A DNA stretch of 64,000 bases, from positions 169,758,001 through 169,822,000 of the forward strand of contig NC_058368.1 of the NCBI RefSeq assembly GCF_018350175.1, written 5' to 3'. Position 1 is the first letter of the stretch, and every line of letters begins with the position of its first letter. This document shows positions 61,466 to 64,000 of the stretch, in pieces. The position numbers were made by a program, and so were the translations under genes. Origin of the DNA: Felis catus. Taxonomy: Eukaryota. The notes beneath the pieces were generated by a model. The model saw nothing but the letters and a program-made list of their open reading frames with translations, did no database searches and was not told the origin of the DNA.

Positions 61466-62666
61466 ATTATCATTATCCTCAAGGAAACTAGAACTCAGAT
61501 CCATAAACTTCCCCAAGGTTAGCAACCAGACTTGATATACAAACTCAGATTGTTTCCCCTTCAGAAGTCAAGAGATTTAGACTCTATGCTATACTGTAAA
61601 CCCCTTCAGTAAAACTTTGGGTCTTGTACATCTTGGATTTTCTCACAGAATTCGCACAATGCCTTGTCCATAGTATGGCTCCAATATATGTTGGGTAAAT
61701 GGATGAATGAGTAAATACTGAATTTCAGGATAAAATGTGTATAATTGTGGTTGTGAAGGGTGGAAAGAGAATCAGAAGTTGCTTATGTTAGCATTATACT
61801 CTGATAAAGATTTATTATAATGTGTATTGCCCAATAAGTCTGTTTCTTTATTAGTAGGGTGCATTCCAAAGCTGTGTCTATACTTGGCTCTTACTCTAGT
61901 CAGCCTTGGAATTTAAATCATTTACAGAAGTGTGGGTATTTTCTTAATCTCCCGTTGAATTGAATGACACCCACTCCCAACATAGTCTTTGTGACTAACC
62001 TGGTAACTGACAACAAAGCTGCCGTGTTGGAATGGAGGATGGGCTTGCAATTTTAGAGCTCCAAAAGATCCTTAAACCTCTCTGTTCAGACAGAAAACAA
62101 GGGAGTTGCTGGGGAGAAAGGACCTGAAGGTAGAGGATTTTGATACCACTACAGGGAGGTGACCCTCTACCCCTTCCGTTGTATGCTCACTGGCACTGAA
62201 ATTTAGTTTCGGCATTATTGGCCTTAGGCCTGCAGGGGCTGTGAGCACAGCATGTGTGTGCAACTCTTCAGCTGATGGAGGGCACTAATGTTTCCCTCAA
62301 CAATTTTGATTTGTGTTTTAATTTTCCTTCAGAGGGCACGTAATATATTTTTGGAGCTGGTTAATTCTCAAAACCTCTGGGTACTATTGAAAAGTGGCAT
62401 TTAAGTACTCTGCCTCTGCTTTTAAAAGAGCAGCTCATTCTCATTTTCAAACTTTTAGGTATCCAAGACCTAGCGAGGGCATTATAAATGCTGCTCTCTC
62501 TATGGCACCCTGAGGACAAATCTGTCCCCTAGGTTGACAGTGGGTGAGAGGAAGCATTGTAAAATATATTTTACGTCTACTCAGTAAGTAACTTATTTGC
62601 TTTTGTTTTACAATTTTCCCACCAAATAAAAACTGGTTTGGGAGTCTATTGGCAGTGACGTTTTTA

Positions 62667-62821
62667 TTTATTTATTTATTTATTTATTTATTTTTCAATA
62701 TATGAAATTTATTGTCAAATTGGTTTCCATACACCACCCAGTGCTCATCCCAAAATGTGCCCTCCTCAATACCCATCACCCACCCTCCCCACCCTCCCAC
62801 CCCCCCATCAACCCTCAGTTT
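62667..62821 (-). mobile_element. Young felid L1 (L1_Fc-like) 3' end, severely 5'-truncated
   Basis: (TTTA)n tail, 'caatatatgaaatttattgtcaaattggtttccatac', C-rich tract; perfect 15-bp TSD gcagtgacgttttta (62652-62666 / 62822-62836). Confidence 0.93.
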
Positions 62822-63455
62822 GCAGTGACGTTTTTAATTGACCAAAATCAAATTTGAAAAGTTACTCTTTTCTAGTGGAAAAAGAGTTCATAAATCCCTA
62901 TGTAAATGAGATTTGGTTTTGTGCTTGAGGGAGAATCATATTTTTCATTTTTATTTCATCATCTTGAATTTTAGAAGCATGAACTATTATTATTGATAAA
63001 ATGGGCAAGGTATGTTCCTCTTCAGTCTATATGTCATCAAACTATTTGCTTAAAAAGTTGAACTAGAGTTGATGCTCATTTGTTGGAGCTACCTCATACC
63101 CAAAATTGTGAAACAAGGATGAATGTGCTTCAAATTATGGCTCATGGTAATTTCACATTAAAGTAGATCAAATATGATTCGATAATCCTTTACAGATTCT
63201 TCCTCACAAATACCTGTCAATTCAGCCTCTTCTTTTTGTCCCTTGGCTGCTTTGGTGACCATGTTATCATCTCCTTTTCTCTGTACTCTGTCATAGTCTC
63301 CCATTTGGTCTCCTTCTTCTGTATTTTCTTGCTCTCAAATTCTTTTTCCATATCTCAGCCTCATCACCCTAACAAAATGCAATTCTGATCCATGTCAATC
63401 CACTGCTTAAAACTCTGTAAAGGGTTCCAGTGTTCTAAGTTAAATGCCACAGTTC

Positions 63456-64000
63456 TTTTTCTTTCTTCAGCTTTACTGAGATGTGATTGACTAATAGACT
63501 CTGTATATATTAAAGGTGTACAGTGTGATGTTTTGATATATAAATACATTGTGAAATGATTCCCCCAATCGAGTTAGTTCACCTACCCATCACCTATTTA
63601 ACATTTTGGGGGGCGGGGCGGTAAGACTAAGATCTGCTCTCAGCACATTTCAAGTATACAATGCATTATTAAATATAATGTCTGTGCTGTATACTAGCTC
63701 TCCAGAATTTATTTATCCTAGAACTTGAGAGCTTATACCCTTTGACCAACATCTCCCATGTCCTCCACTCCCTAGCCCCTGGCAACCACTGTTCTACTCT
63801 TTATTTCTATGACTTGAGCTTTTTTAGATTCCACACGCAAATAAGATCATGCAATATTTGTCTTTCTCTGTCTGGTTTATTTCACTTAGCATAATGTTTT
63901 CTAGGTTCATTCATGTTGTTGCAGAATTTTCTTCTTTTTATGGCTGAATGGTATTCCATTCAGCCATATGTGTACCACATTTTCTTTATCTAGTCATCTG
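63456..64000 (-). mobile_element. L1 3' end (L1MA9-like), runs off the window
   Basis: 'cagctttactgagatgtgattgac', 'ttataccctttgaccaacatctccc', 'gcccctggcaaccactgttctactct', 'tttatttcacttagcataatg'. Confidence 0.92.

Noticed and set aside
31405..62290. Partial CTCF-like motifs near 31410, 37490 and 62275
   Set aside because: Only the 3' core matches or the spacing is off; not supportable without ChIP data.
1..64000. A novel multi-gene system, operon or defence locus
   Set aside because: The DNA is repeat-rich and mammalian. No ORF exceeds 158 aa, and the only recognisable protein motifs belong to decayed L1 and ERVL.

Overview
This is mammalian genomic DNA from a felid, most likely cat or a close relative. 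The assignment rests on 21 tRNA-derived Can-SINEs of the feline SINEC_Fc type and a felid-type L1 3' end. I find no credible protein-coding gene, RNA gene, CpG island or CRISPR array; the ORFs I could interpret are SINE, microsatellite, L1 or L2 read-throughs. The window reads as a large intron or intergenic interval made of layered transposable elements (L2, MIR, MaLR/ERVL/ERV1 LTRs, MER20, L1M, Can-SINEs) with TE-poor stretches that may be regulatory. The most structured object is a fossil ERVL provirus at 41780-50379, with two LTR67B-like LTRs and gag/pro/RNaseH/IN remnants. It is interrupted by an L1 with a twin-priming 5' inversion and a possible 3' transduction. Other notable items are a possible AmnSINE1-like relic, a young tail-less SINE, two tail-only insertions, an inverted SINE cluster sharing one endonuclease site, and a duplication with templated filler. 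I do not see evidence for a new biological system. Subfamily names come from recalled consensus sequences and need RepeatMasker/Dfam confirmation; boundaries of old elements are approximate.
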